Positions 54,114 through 64,000 of a DNA stretch of 64,000 nt are shown here, in pieces; positions within the stretch are counted from its first letter, which is position 1; each line of letters starts with the position of its first letter. Source of the DNA: Alphaproteobacteria bacterium (lineage in GTDB: Bacteria > Pseudomonadota > Alphaproteobacteria > MPNO01 > UBA830); contig OZ219790.1 in the NCBI GenBank assembly GCA_964291215.2, positions 2,272,001-2,336,000 of the forward strand, in the 5' to 3' direction. The notes under the pieces are model-generated. The model made no database searches, was not told where the DNA came from, and saw only the letters and a list, made by a program, of their open reading frames with translations. The position numbers and the translations under genes were made by a program.

Positions 54114-55775
54114 ATGACCGAAACGCTCGACATCGCGCTTGCGCAGATCAACCCGACCGTCGGAGATGTCGTCGGCAATGCCGAGCGTCTGCGCACAGCC
54201 CGTGCGCGCGCCGCCGAACGGAGCGCCGATCTCATCATCGCGAGCGAACTGGTGATATCCGGCTACCCGCCCGAAGACCTCGTGCTCCGGCCGATCTTCC
54301 AGGAAACCGTCAAACGCGAAGTCGACGCGCTCGCCCGGGAGACCGTCGACGGCGGGCCGGCGATGCTGATCGGAGCTCCGTGGCTGCAGGACGGCAAGCT
54401 GTGCAATGCGGCGCTCCTTCTCGACGGCGGCGAAATTGTGGCTGTCCGCATAAAGCATGATCTCCCCAACTACGGCGTGTTCGACGAGAAGCGGGTCTTT
54501 TCCGCGGGTCCGCTTCCGGGCCCGGTGAATTTTCGCGACGTCCGCATCGGCGTCATGATCTGCGAGGACATGTGGACCGACGAAGTCGCCGAATGCCTGC
54601 AGGAGTCGGGCACCGAGATCCTCGCGGTTCTCAACGGGTCGCCGTTCGAGGCGGACAAGTGGGACACGCGGCTCGCGCTCGCGGTCGCGCGCGCCACCGA
54701 ATGCCGGCTGCCGCTGATCTATGTCAACCAGGTCGGCGGCCAGGACGAGCTCGTCTTCGACGGCGCGTCGTTTGTCGTCGGCGCGGACGGAGCACTGCTG
54801 GCCGCGGCGCCGGCATGGCGCGAGGACATCCTGGCGACGCGCTGGACGCGCGGCGGCGCGGGATGGACGTGCGAGCAGGCCAGCCGCGCACCGCCGCCCG
54901 AGGGCCTTGACGGAGTTTACAGGGCGATGATGCTCGGCCTTCGTGACTATGTGGACAAGAGCGGCTTTTCGGGCGTCATAATCGGCCTTTCGGGCGGCAT
55001 CGACTCGGCGCTGACGGCCGCGATCGCGGTCGACGCGCTCGGCGCCGACCGCGTGCACTGCGTCATGATGCCGTCGCCCTATACGTCACGCGCGAGTCTC
55101 GACGACGCCGCGGCGGCGGCGGACCTGCTCGGCACCCGGCTCGACACGATCGCGATCGAGCCGGCCATGGCCGCCTTCGACGCCATGCTCGCCGACTACT
55201 TCGCCGACACCGAAGCCGACACCACGGAGGAGAACATCCAGGCGCGCGCCCGCGGCCTGACGCTGATGGCGCTGTCCAACAAGACCGGGGCAATGGTGCT
55301 TTCCACCGGCAACAAGTCCGAGATGTCGGTCGGCTACGCCACGCTCTACGGCGACATGTGCGGCGGCTATTCCGTCCTCAGGGATGTCTACAAGACCGAC
55401 GTGTTCGCACTGTCGCGGTGGCGCAACGCCAAGCGGCCCGACGGCGCGCTCGGGCCCTCCGGGCCCGTCATGCCGGAGAACGTCATCGTCAAGCCGCCGT
55501 CGGCCGAACTGAAGCCGAACCAGACAGATCAGGACAGCCTGCCGCCCTACGACGATCTCGACGCGATCCTCAGGTGCCTGAACGAGCGCGACATGAGCAT
55601 CGGCCGGACAGTGGAGGAAGGTTTCGAGCAGGCCCTGGTGCTGCGTGTCTGGCGCATGCTCCTCGGCGCCGAATACAAGCGCCGCCAGGCTCCGCCGGGG
55701 GTCAAGATCACGGGCCGCTCGTTCGGGCGCGACCGTCGCTATCCCATGGTCAACGCGTTTCGGGGAAACCGGTAG
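54114..55775 (+). CDS. nadE: Glutamine-dependent NAD+ synthetase
   Basis: Nitrilase domain (GYPPEDL, LPNYGVFDEKR, ICEDMW) plus GLSGGIDS, ENIQAR, TGNKSE. Confidence 0.96.
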   Translation: MTETLDIALAQINPTVGDVVGNAERLRTARARAAERSADLIIASELVISGYPPEDLVLRPIFQETVKREVDALARETVDGGPAMLIGAPWLQDGKLCNAALLLDGGEIVAVRIKHDLPNYGVFDEKRVFSAGPLPGPVNFRDVRIGVMICEDMWTDEVAECLQESGTEILAVLNGSPFEADKWDTRLALAVARATECRLPLIYVNQVGGQDELVFDGASFVVGADGALLAAAPAWREDILATRWTRGGAGWTCEQASRAPPPEGLDGVYRAMMLGLRDYVDKSGFSGVIIGLSGGIDSALTAAIAVDALGADRVHCVMMPSPYTSRASLDDAAAAADLLGTRLDTIAIEPAMAAFDAMLADYFADTEADTTEENIQARARGLTLMALSNKTGAMVLSTGNKSEMSVGYATLYGDMCGGYSVLRDVYKTDVFALSRWRNAKRPDGALGPSGPVMPENVIVKPPSAELKPNQTDQDSLPPYDDLDAILRCLNERDMSIGRTVEEGFEQALVLRVWRMLLGAEYKRRQAPPGVKITGRSFGRDRRYPMVNAFRGNR

Positions 55776-55882
55776 GAAATCCTACGCCGCTGTCTGCAAG
55801 GCCAAGCCGGCGATTCCGCCGATCACCGGCGCCGTATCGTGCATCCTCTGACGAAAATCCGACCCTTGCGGAGTCTCCGGCG

Positions 55883-56069
55883 CAGGACTTTCCCACGCTG
55901 TGGTTGATGTTTTGAATGACCGCTGAACGGGGCACAAATTTCCGCATTCTTGCCAGGTTTTCCGGCTGCGGCGACTCGTGGACGGCCCCGCGGCCAGAAA
56001 ACCCGGCAGGCTGTGCAACCTCCCTCTATCAGCAGTCAGCAAGATCGAATGCGGCGTGGGAAAGTCCTG
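55883..56069. mobile_element. 187-bp MITE, copy 3
   Basis: CAGGACTTTCCCACGC...GCGTGGGAAAGTCCTG. Confidence 0.88.
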
Positions 56070-56215
56070 TTGCAATCGCCAAAGTAAACCTCAGCGCAGA
56101 TCGTCATCACCGCACGAACGAACGCTTACAGTAATTCGTGCCTGATAAAAAATAATGATCGTGTTGAATCCCGAAGGGTCAGGACCCGGCGCTTGACGAC
56201 ACAATTCTCCAGATG

Positions 56216-56260
56216 CGGAGGGCCCGCCCGGACTCGGACCGGGAACCTGCGGCTTAAAAG
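56216..56260 (-). other. tRNA-Lys(TTT)-like 3' half, probable att site
   Basis: Minus strand CTTTTAA-GCCGC-AGGTT-CCCGG-TCCGAGT-CCGGG-CGGGCCC-TCCG; no 5' half. Confidence 0.6.
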
Positions 56261-56644
56261 AAAGCCATACGGAATTTTGTGGCACGCCCCATTTCCTGTC
56301 GAATTGCGAGTGGCCTATATCTTTGATTATATGGGGAATTAAAAGACCCAGACGACACGATCCAAAGCTTCATGGACCGTGTCAGTTTAGCGCTTCGGGT
56401 CCGCTGTGGCGTCCTGATCGAGCCCCATTCCGGGCGGCTGGCGACGGTCCGACGTCCACAGTTCGCATGACCCGGCGGGTATGAAGCTACAGGCGCCCAC
56501 CTCGGAGGGTACGGATGGAGTGGGTGCTTGCCTGGACCGACGCTCCGCTCCGCATTGATCCGTTGCTCGACAATCAGGCCTCCTCGAAGTATGGCGCTAT
56601 TGCGTTCGCCGCAGTCGTTCCTGTCGTCAATCGGCGCCGAGACA

Positions 56645-57694
56645 CTATCGCCATGTGTGCCGGAACGGGGACGACTCCGGCAGATCGTCGCTCAGACCGC
56701 GACCGTTCACATTCGCTTCGAGAAGCCGAATACGTTCCATCAGCGCATCGAACTCCAGGACGTCGCCCCGGATAGCGTCAGCGTCGCACATCGCCTCATA
56801 GTCGGCCTTCAGGTCCGGGAGCTGGTCTTCGTCCGGCACGAGCCGCAATTCGCCCTCCAGACAGCGGTCGTAACTGACGCCGCCATAATGAAAGAACATC
56901 TTCTTGTGTTTGACCACTTCTCCCAGCAGCGCGCGGTCGTCGAGCGCCGCCCTGCCAATCTCGTGGTCGGCGAGGCAGGCCAGGTCGAACCAGTGGCGGG
57001 AAAGGCGCCCCGCGAGACGGCGGCGGTGGCAGGCCACATGGGCCAAGGTCGCCTTTTCCCAGAATGTGCGCTTCGGGTTGAGGACGGTCACAGTCGCTGA
57101 AGGAAACTCCAGGTCCTGGGTAAAACCGGCAATATCGGCCGCGACCGGGCGTCGCTCGTTCGGCGAGATGACATTGCGGCCGCCGAATTCCAGCAGCACC
57201 TCGTTGCTGAAGTAACCGCTGGCGCCACCGACCGCGGACGGATAAACGAAAAGCAGGCTCTCGCCATCCTCGCTGATCCGTATGTCGTGCCGGCCGTCCA
57301 TGTCGAGCCGTTGCGCCGCTTCGTCGACGAAGGGCGCCACGACATCGCGGACATAGTCTGCGACACGGGCCCTGAGTTGTTCGCTCAACCGCTTGATCCG
57401 GGTCCGGCTCACGCCTTCGGCAAAAGGATCGAATCCGTCGCTGAAGACGCGGTAATCGAAACTGACATCCACATCTTCGGAAAACCGGTCGATGACGCCA
57501 TAGACCTTCGAAAGCGCGGTTCCTCCCCGGAAGGCCATCGGATGGGCCCCGGGCATGGTGAAGAGGGTATGCAGCGTCCAGCAGACCCAGATGTCCTTCT
57601 CCAGAATGACGGGGTCCGGACCGAAATTGGTGTTGACGGCCTGCAGAATGTCCGCGCGTTCGCCGGCCGCGAGAGAAAGGAACGGCCTAGCCAT
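56645..57694 (-). CDS. AbiEii/AbiGii nucleotidyltransferase toxin
   Basis: LEKDIWV, FRGGTALSKVYGVIDRFSEDVD, RTFWEKAT, SRHWFDL. Confidence 0.9.
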   Translation of the reverse strand: MARPFLSLAAGERADILQAVNTNFGPDPVILEKDIWVCWTLHTLFTMPGAHPMAFRGGTALSKVYGVIDRFSEDVDVSFDYRVFSDGFDPFAEGVSRTRIKRLSEQLRARVADYVRDVVAPFVDEAAQRLDMDGRHDIRISEDGESLLFVYPSAVGGASGYFSNEVLLEFGGRNVISPNERRPVAADIAGFTQDLEFPSATVTVLNPKRTFWEKATLAHVACHRRRLAGRLSRHWFDLACLADHEIGRAALDDRALLGEVVKHKKMFFHYGGVSYDRCLEGELRLVPDEDQLPDLKADYEAMCDADAIRGDVLEFDALMERIRLLEANVNGRGLSDDLPESSPFRHTWR

Positions 57695-58295
57695 GGGCCG
57701 ATCCTGTCGGAGAGGCATCGAACGCCGCCGCCATCCAGGCGGGCATGGCGGCTGTGCGCAGCTTTGCGAAGTCCTCCGGGCGGAGAACCTTCGCAATCCG
57801 GGCGACCGTCTCCGGCGTGACCTCCTCCTTCCCGAGATACCAGAGTGCGGAGAGAGCCACACCCGCCGGCTCGCCGGGGAATTGCAGCAGGCGCCGGTTC
57901 GAGGTGTGGCGGAGCCGGACGGAGCCGGCCCCGACATGAAGGGTCCGGGTCGTTCCGCTGGTATGGTACACGGGCGAGAGCGGCATCTGGGTGCTAAACC
58001 CGAACCGCCTTATGGCCTCGAAACCGTGGACCTGGAGCGTCTCGCCGTGGCGGCGCGCAACGGTCCGGGCGACCTCGCGAACATCGATCGCCATGCCGCC
58101 GGCGACATAGCGGCTGAATTTCGGCCGCACATACACGCCGCGGGCGACGCGCCGGATCTCGCCCGCCGCGGCCAGGCGCGACAGGGTCCGCCCGACGGCG
58201 GCCGGGCTGCCGCATCCCGAAAAACGGGCGCCGGTGAAGGGCTTGCCCTTCGGCACTCGTCCCAGGGCGGACCGGACGGTTGCTGCAGTGGACAT
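57687..58295 (-). CDS. AbiEi-like antitoxin (DUF6088)
   Basis: AVGRTLSRLAAAGEIRRVARGVYVRP...FSTQMP..YHTSG; overlaps the toxin start. Confidence 0.85.
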   Translation of the reverse strand: MSTAATVRSALGRVPKGKPFTGARFSGCGSPAAVGRTLSRLAAAGEIRRVARGVYVRPKFSRYVAGGMAIDVREVARTVARRHGETLQVHGFEAIRRFGFSTQMPLSPVYHTSGTTRTLHVGAGSVRLRHTSNRRLLQFPGEPAGVALSALWYLGKEEVTPETVARIAKVLRPEDFAKLRTAAMPAWMAAAFDASPTGSAHG

Positions 58296-58689
58296 CGGAG
58301 GGCTCCTTTGCAGCAAAATATAAGGATACTTCCGGACAAATCAAGTGACGGCCGCCCGGCCGCAGGACCATTCTGTTGTCGCGATCGGCGGCGGACAACC
58401 GTGTCAGAGTGGCCGTTATTGAAGTTGGTGGCACCGTCTCAAGGTCGGAACCGACATATCGACAACGAAATCCGCTCCCGAATGGACCTCCAGATCTGCC
58501 TACAACGCCCCCTCGTCGGACGAAATCGGAAAAAAGAAGAGCCCTGCGCCCAGCCGCCGTCCATGGTAGCGAGCATGGCCAGGCAACCGATCGCATCGTT
58601 CAATTCATAGCAGGCCTGCATCTCGAGAAGCACGGCCACCGCCTGGATATCCTCGCGCGTCGGGTTGTCCTGCAGGGCGTCATCGGAAG

Positions 58690-58925
58690 GTTTGTACGCA
58701 GGGTCACTCCAAGGGTAGGCCCGAAGCGCCGTGGCCCGAACAGCGGAAGTCCCGGTCCTCCAGCGGCATGCCCGGGGCCAGCGCGAAGGCGTCCCTGCTC
58801 TCGAGCCAGGACGGCGCATAGCGGAACAGGCTGAACCGCCGGATGGCGTCCGTCCCGTAGCGCAGTTCGTCCACGGGCCGCCCCTCCCGGCCGGGGAACA
58901 GGACGGCGATCTTCGGGCCGGTCAT
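58690..58925 (-). pseudogene. HipA N-terminal-like fragment
   Basis: RPVDELRY...SLFRYAPSWLESRDAFALAPGMPL; no kinase domain follows. Confidence 0.45.
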
Positions 58926-59518
58926 GGCGCGAGCCGCCCCTGAACCGCGCCCGCGAGCGGGGTCTCGTGCTCCGGCCTGTCCACCAGGGCGAGCCCGACA
59001 AGCCGCGCCCTGCGGACGATGCGGCGGTCTGCGGCCGGCCATTCCTCTTCGAGCGCCTGGAACGCGGCGCTGAACGCGGTGAGTTCGCCGGCTTCGACGC
59101 GCGCCCTGACCCGGCGTCCGTCGATCGTGTCCGGCAGGGTCACGGTCGCGCGCAGGCCTTCGGGACCGTCGGCCGGCGCTAGTCCCTTCCCGGACCGGGC
59201 CAGCAGGCCTTCCCAGTCATCAAGGACATTCACCAGCAGGCCGTTGTTCTCCAGAACGGCACCGGGCTCGAAGATCTCGTCGAAGGCCCCGCCGACGCGG
59301 ATCGGGACACCATAGGGGACCAGCAGGCCCTCCAGGACGCCGGGCCCGGTCACGTCGAACGCGAAGGCGCGCCGCTCGACCGGCCCGGCCTTCCCGGTGC
59401 CCGGGTCCGCCCGCTCCCCCGGGAGACCGCGCCGGACCATGCCGGACCTGTTCGCGGGCCAGGCCGGGCCGCATTCGCGCAGGAACTGCGCCAGCGCGCC
59501 CTCCTCCATGAACTTCAT
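58922..59518 (-). pseudogene. HK97-type prohead protease-like, degenerate; true start uncertain
   Basis: VLEGLLVPYG..FDEIFEPGA...LPDTIDG...FSAAF...RARLVGLALVDRP; expected catalytic His not seen. Confidence 0.6.
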
Positions 59519-59641
59519 CCGCTCGGCCAGAACTTCGGCGCCGAAGTGCGTTCGACCGCACAGGTCACGGAGCGCGTCGTACCAGAAGCGCAGCGCGAGG
59601 TCGCAGATCCGCCAGCCCGGTCCGGCTTCCTCGTCCCTGCC

Positions 59642-61623
59642 CAGGGCCTTTCAACTTATCACTATTGACTCGAAGCAACTGACGCCGTATATACGGTTCC
59701 ATGAGAATTGGCCTGCGACATTATGATGGCGAGACGGTTGACTGGCTGAAGGCACGGCTTGGCGCCGGGGATCGCACGCGGACCTTCCTGAGCTCTGCGA
59801 GCGTGAGGACTGGCGGAACGCGAAGGGAGAACTATGCCTCGCCCGCGCTTCCAAAGTTCTCCGCCGTACTCGGTCTGCCTCTGCCGGAGGCTCGGTGACC
59901 CCGGAGTCCCTGGCCCCGTCGCCGGATTATCCCGACAAGCACCTGTCGTGCCGTCTCGGCGATCTTGGCGAGGTGGTTCCGGTTGCCGACGAGGACAAAT
60001 CGCTGGCGCGGTCGATGATGGCATCGCATCATCCCGCAGGGCTATTCTGTTGTCGTCCCAGCGATCGGCGCATGCTGATTTTGGTCCGGGCATTCCGTTT
60101 TCGCCGTGGCAGTGTGCCGGCGACGCTTGCGACCGCGGATTCCCTCCTTCGCGAGGTGACGGTGCGCCCGTGAGCTCCGGGACCGCCTGGTGAAGGAGCA
60201 TCACTAGCTGCGGTTTCACGGCATCAAGGGTCTGCGCCATGTCGCCCTGCACGGCGAGACCTGGGTGGTCGGCTGGCGGCGCGTTCAAGCTTGCTGCACC
60301 GCTGGATCGCTGCGGAGCAGCAGTGCCTGCACGCGAACAATTCCCGGTTCGTTGGGGGGATGCCGAACCTGGCGTGACGGCTGGACATCGAGGCCGCGCG
60401 TTCCTCGCGGAGACGTTCGTCAAGCGCTTCGCCGGAACCTGCTATCGCGCGGCGAACTGGCGCTCGCTTGACGCGCGGTCGCGAGCGGCTCCGCGCGCTT
60501 CCGTCACCACGGCCAGGAGATCTTCATGTACGAACTGGGACCGCCGAGGCGCGATCCCGAAGAGCGCAGCACGACAGTGCCGGGCCTCGACTGCGCAGCC
60601 TGTGCCCGGGCGAGGTGTGCCGCAAGCGCTATCCGCTGAGAACCATTCTCGCGGCTCGCCGGCTACCGCGGCGTGACCGCATTCGCCGCCCTCCAGGAAC
60701 AGCTTGCGGCGGTGAACTCGTTCTTCAGCCCGAAGCGCTACACCGCACCCACACCTTCCACACCATCCTCGCTGACCTGCCGCCCGAGACTCTGCCCTGT
60801 GGACGGCCCGGCAGCAGACACGCCGGCAAGGACATCCGCGGTGCCTCCAGCCGAGAACGCCCGGCGGGTCGCAGCGGTCGAGCACGGATGGTTCTCGGCC
60901 AGGCGAAGAGCAACGGGATCCCCCTCGCCAGCAGCATCAACGTCACCGGCTGCATCGTCACCATGGACGCGATGCACGCTCAGCACGAGCGGCAGCTTCT
61001 CGAGCGCCGCATGTCGTCACGGCGATCAGGAATAACCAGGAGACCATGCTCGACGACCTCAAGGCCATCGACTTCGAGGGCGCGGCCTCGGTTCGAAACC
61101 CTCGACAAGGGCGCATCGAGCGCCGCCGCCGTGGTCGACATCTCCGGCGCCGAGCGGGACCGCTGCGCTGCTCTCCACGGTCGCCGCCATCCGCATCGAG
61201 CGCGAGATCTGCAAGACCAAAGAGAGCAGCGTCGAGACCACCTGGTGCCTCACCTCGCTCGGCCCCGAACGCCCCGAGATGCTTCTGGCGCGCGGGTCAT
61301 GGAAAATCGACTCCGCCACGTACGCGATTTCACCTGCGACGAAGACCGCTGCAGGGTGCGCCGCGCAACCTCTTGACAAACGCCGCCATCCTGCGCTGCG
61401 GCGGACACTTCATGCCCGAGGCCAACCGGCACTACGCCGCCCGGGACGCGCGCCATCCTCATCCCGCAGATAAACCTTCGCCCCTGGCCCCGCGCCACAA
61501 GCCGGGAACGCGCCGGCGCAACAGGACAGCTCTGCTCGAACACTCGAAAAAGCGTGCCCGGCCTGATGCACCAGCCACTGAAACCGGCCCACAGTGAACC
61601 CGGGGTGCCATGCCAGGTCCCTG
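59642..61623 (+). mobile_element. ISAs1-family element with DUF4338-like N-terminal region, heavily frameshifted
   Basis: Left end CAGGGCCTTTCA; LAETFV..FAGTCYRAANW; VDGP, GCIVTMDAMHAQ, NQET, ENRL.HVRDFT.DEDRCRVR; right boundary approximate. Confidence 0.75.
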
Positions 61624-61624
61624 T

Positions 61625-62692
61625 CACATCAGCAATCCACAGGCCCGACAAAAGAATGGTCTTGGCCTGATACTGAAAGCCGCACACGAAGTCGTCCGCA
61701 TGGCGCACGATGATCGTGTCAGTCATCCGTTTGCGCCAATGGTTCTGGAACCAGTCGTCGAGCACGTAGTGCAGGTAAACGTTCGCCAGGCAGGAGCTGA
61801 CCATGGCACCCTGAGGCGAACCAGCACTGGTGTCGCTCCATGTTCCATGACGCCAGCGTTCATCCACTTGATGATCAGCCGGATGACCACCCCGATCCGT
61901 CTCTCGAGCATCGCGACCAGGTGGTCGCGGTTGTCGAAGGGGCATCAACAATCCAGTTGACCTTCCGCCGTTCCACCGTGACGGCATCGAGCGCATCGTG
62001 CGTCCCGGCCGGAAACCGTAGCTGAACCCGAGGAACTCCGTCTCGTGGAGCGGTACCAGAATCGCGTCCGTCACCGCCCGCTGAAGAATCTTGTCCGAGG
62101 CAAGTTGCCCTCCATCCTCCTTGGGTATGTACACCCCGGAGGCGCCCGCCCCTGTGCACACGGGCGTGCAGGCAGTTCCACCCCTTTCGCGTACGCTTGC
62201 CACACAACGCCCCGCCGCCGCGTCCTTCCTCAAGGAATGGAACGCAGAACATCACGTGGTGGAGTAGCGCCACAAGACGCTCTTCCGGGTTCCTCTTCGC
62301 TACCTGCGTTCCGCCGCCTGTGACCCCCGCTTCTGCGCGCGGCGCGGGCCAACCGCATTGCCCTTCCCTCCGGCAACTCCGCAGGCTCCGAGGAACCCTT
62401 GTTCGCCGCCTTCGACGGTACCATGGCCGGATCCGACTTCTCGTTCATCATCGGTTTACGGAATGGTTCCTTTCCTCTGCGGCCCCTCCACGACAGAGGG
62501 GCAATTGAAAGATCTCCCGGGCCCCTGCTTCGGCCATGGTTCTCGGACCCCGCGGAGCCCCTGCTTGCCTCACCAACGCTTCGCCTGACGCCTCACGGCG
62601 ACCGACGCATGGTTCACCGAGGAAGTGGTGGTTACCCTCTCTTCCTGCCGGGACTTTCACCCGGCAACATTCCACCAGTTAGCCTGGCGCAC
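61625..62692 (-). mobile_element. Group II intron (class E-like), 3'-truncated, degenerate RT
   Basis: 5' GTGCGCCAGGCTAACTGG at 62692; VYIPKEDG, DKILQRAV, FSYGFRPG, GSPQG..LANVYLHYVLD, RHADDFV. Confidence 0.85.
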
Positions 62693-63067
62693 TCACCTTC
62701 CGGTCTTTCACTGCTGTACCGTCCCGAATTGCCGCCGTCTCTACCCCGGGGAACCCGATGCGTGCTCGTCAGTTCTTCCGCATCGACTCTGGCCATCGGG
62801 CAGGTCCTTGGCATACCCGACAAATCAGCTTCGTGTGGGAGCGTCTATTTCGGGGCTTCCCGTTCGCTACGGCCCTCCGGTTTGTTCACCGCCCTGGCTG
62901 ATCGAACCGACTGAACACTGTGTTCCAGCCAGCCCACAACGGCTTTCTACGTCCCATCTCGCTGGTCCAGGGTTATCCCTGACCCAGTGGGATATGCTAC
63001 GGCGCCAAACCGGAAATTGCGCCGGCGGGACTCGCACCCGCAAGTACAGCAGCTAGACTCGCTGCAC
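62693..63067 (-). ncRNA. 5' part (domain I) of a second, outer group II intron
   Basis: GTGCAGCGAGTCTAGCTGCTGTACTTGCGGGTGCGAGTCCCGCC...; homologous to 1535-1626. Confidence 0.65.
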
Positions 63068-63275
63068 GTCGACGAAGACGCTCAGCCCCTCGCGGTAACG
63101 GATCAGGGAGCGCAAGGGCTTCGCTTCGCGTACATCCTCGGGCAAGGCGTCGAGTTCCTCCTGCCTGAACAGCGCCTCGACAGCGACACGAAGGGCGTCC
63201 TGCAGGGCATCGAACATCGCTGACTGACGCTCCCGTGCGGGATCGTGGTGCTTCAGCCGCAATGCATTCAGATTG
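63068..63275 (-). mobile_element. IS66 transposase (TnpC) internal fragment
   Basis: AKPLRSLIRYREGLSVFVD, ending where the xPMDNN motif is expected and the intron starts. Confidence 0.6.
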
Positions 63276-63811
63276 AAGATCAGCGCGATCCTGTTGAGTG
63301 GGGCCGAGCATAGCGAGTTGGAGCGCTTGGCGCGGCGCCGTAAGGTCACCACCGACAAGGTCATCGGCAAGTGCTTCCGCCGCCATCGAAGCCGGGAGTT
63401 CCGCAATTTCCTCGACCACGTCGAGGCCAATGTGCCCGACGACCTCGACATTCACATCGTTATGGACAACCACTCGACGCACAAGACCAAGGAAGTCCGC
63501 GCCCGGTTCGCCAAGAGGCCGCGCGGGCACGTGCACTTCACGCCGATGTCCGCCCTATGCCTCAACCAGGTGGAGAGGGCCTTCGTCGATCTGACGGAGA
63601 AGCAGATCAGGCGCGGGGGTCGCCGCTCGACCGTCGAACTCGAGCAGGCCATCACCGCGTGTATCAAGGCGATCAACGAGGACCCCAAGCCGTTCCGGTG
63701 GCACAAGTCGGCCGACGAGATCCTCGCCGCCGTCAAGCGCTTCTGCGTAAGAACCCTCGAACTCGCACCGGTTCAGTCGTAACTGTGCGAACGTCGGAAT
63801 CGGGACACTAG
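63276..63811 (+). mobile_element. IS630-family remnant with a large internal deletion
   Basis: LSGAEHSELERLARRRK fused to VIGKCFRRHRSREF..IVMDNHSTHK..HFTP..LNQVERAF..PKPFRW; ends GGGACACTAG. Confidence 0.85.
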
Positions 63812-64000
63812 GCCCTGTCCTGGTATCCTGCGCGCTGCAGGGAGGCGCGCAGGCCGGGGGTGAAGCCGGCCGGCAGCGCGAGCGTCGCGCCGGGGCCGGC
63901 CCGGAGTCCGCGGTTGCGCCAGTGTTCGGCGTTGGCGTGACGCCAGTTGTATCCGGCATGGCCGCCGACGCGCAGGATGGACAGGGCGGCCCAGCTTGCA

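Noticed and set aside
2336-54238. Long antisense or overlapping ORFs (e.g. 2336-4156, 15504-17354, 39643-41592, 52640-54238)
   Set aside because: Shadow ORFs of high-GC genes with no recognisable motifs
59701-60560. Druantia (DruA) defence system
   Set aside because: The DUF4338-like region is inside an ISAs1 element, frameshifted, and no other Dru genes are present
33490-62300. Retron, DGR or CRISPR-associated RT
   Set aside because: Both RTs lie within group II intron RNA boundaries and carry intron-type motifs; no template/variable repeat pair or cas gene seen
1-64000. CRISPR array or rRNA
   Set aside because: No regularly spaced short repeats and no rRNA-like sequence seen

Overview
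GC-rich bacterial DNA, most likely alphaproteobacterial (inferred from the moxR-DUF58-BatA block, DUF1285-Nudix-cca-hemF order and class II DAHP synthase-nadE). Intact housekeeping and transport blocks alternate with heavily decayed accessory tracts. The accessory DNA holds: higBA overlapping mrr; a broken BREX locus (brxA, in-frame brxB::brxC deletion fusion, pglX stub) with an intact ABC-ATPase + DUF4276 pair inside it; at least ten IS remnants (IS30, IS630, IS256, IS4, ISAzo13, ISKra4/ISLre2-like, IS1634, ISAs1, IS66); a three-level nest (IS > group II intron > IS1634) whose junctions can be read exactly; a probable twintron; three 187-bp MITE copies; a GS-like + Rieske dioxygenase operon; an orphan 4-chlorobenzoate-CoA-ligase-like gene; and an AbiE/phage-remnant island bounded by a tRNA-Lys 3' fragment. 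The best candidate for an undescribed system is the ATPase + DUF4276 pair. The most unusual pattern is the dense short-deletion damage in transposase and RT genes. All family assignments come from motif recognition by eye, without database searches.
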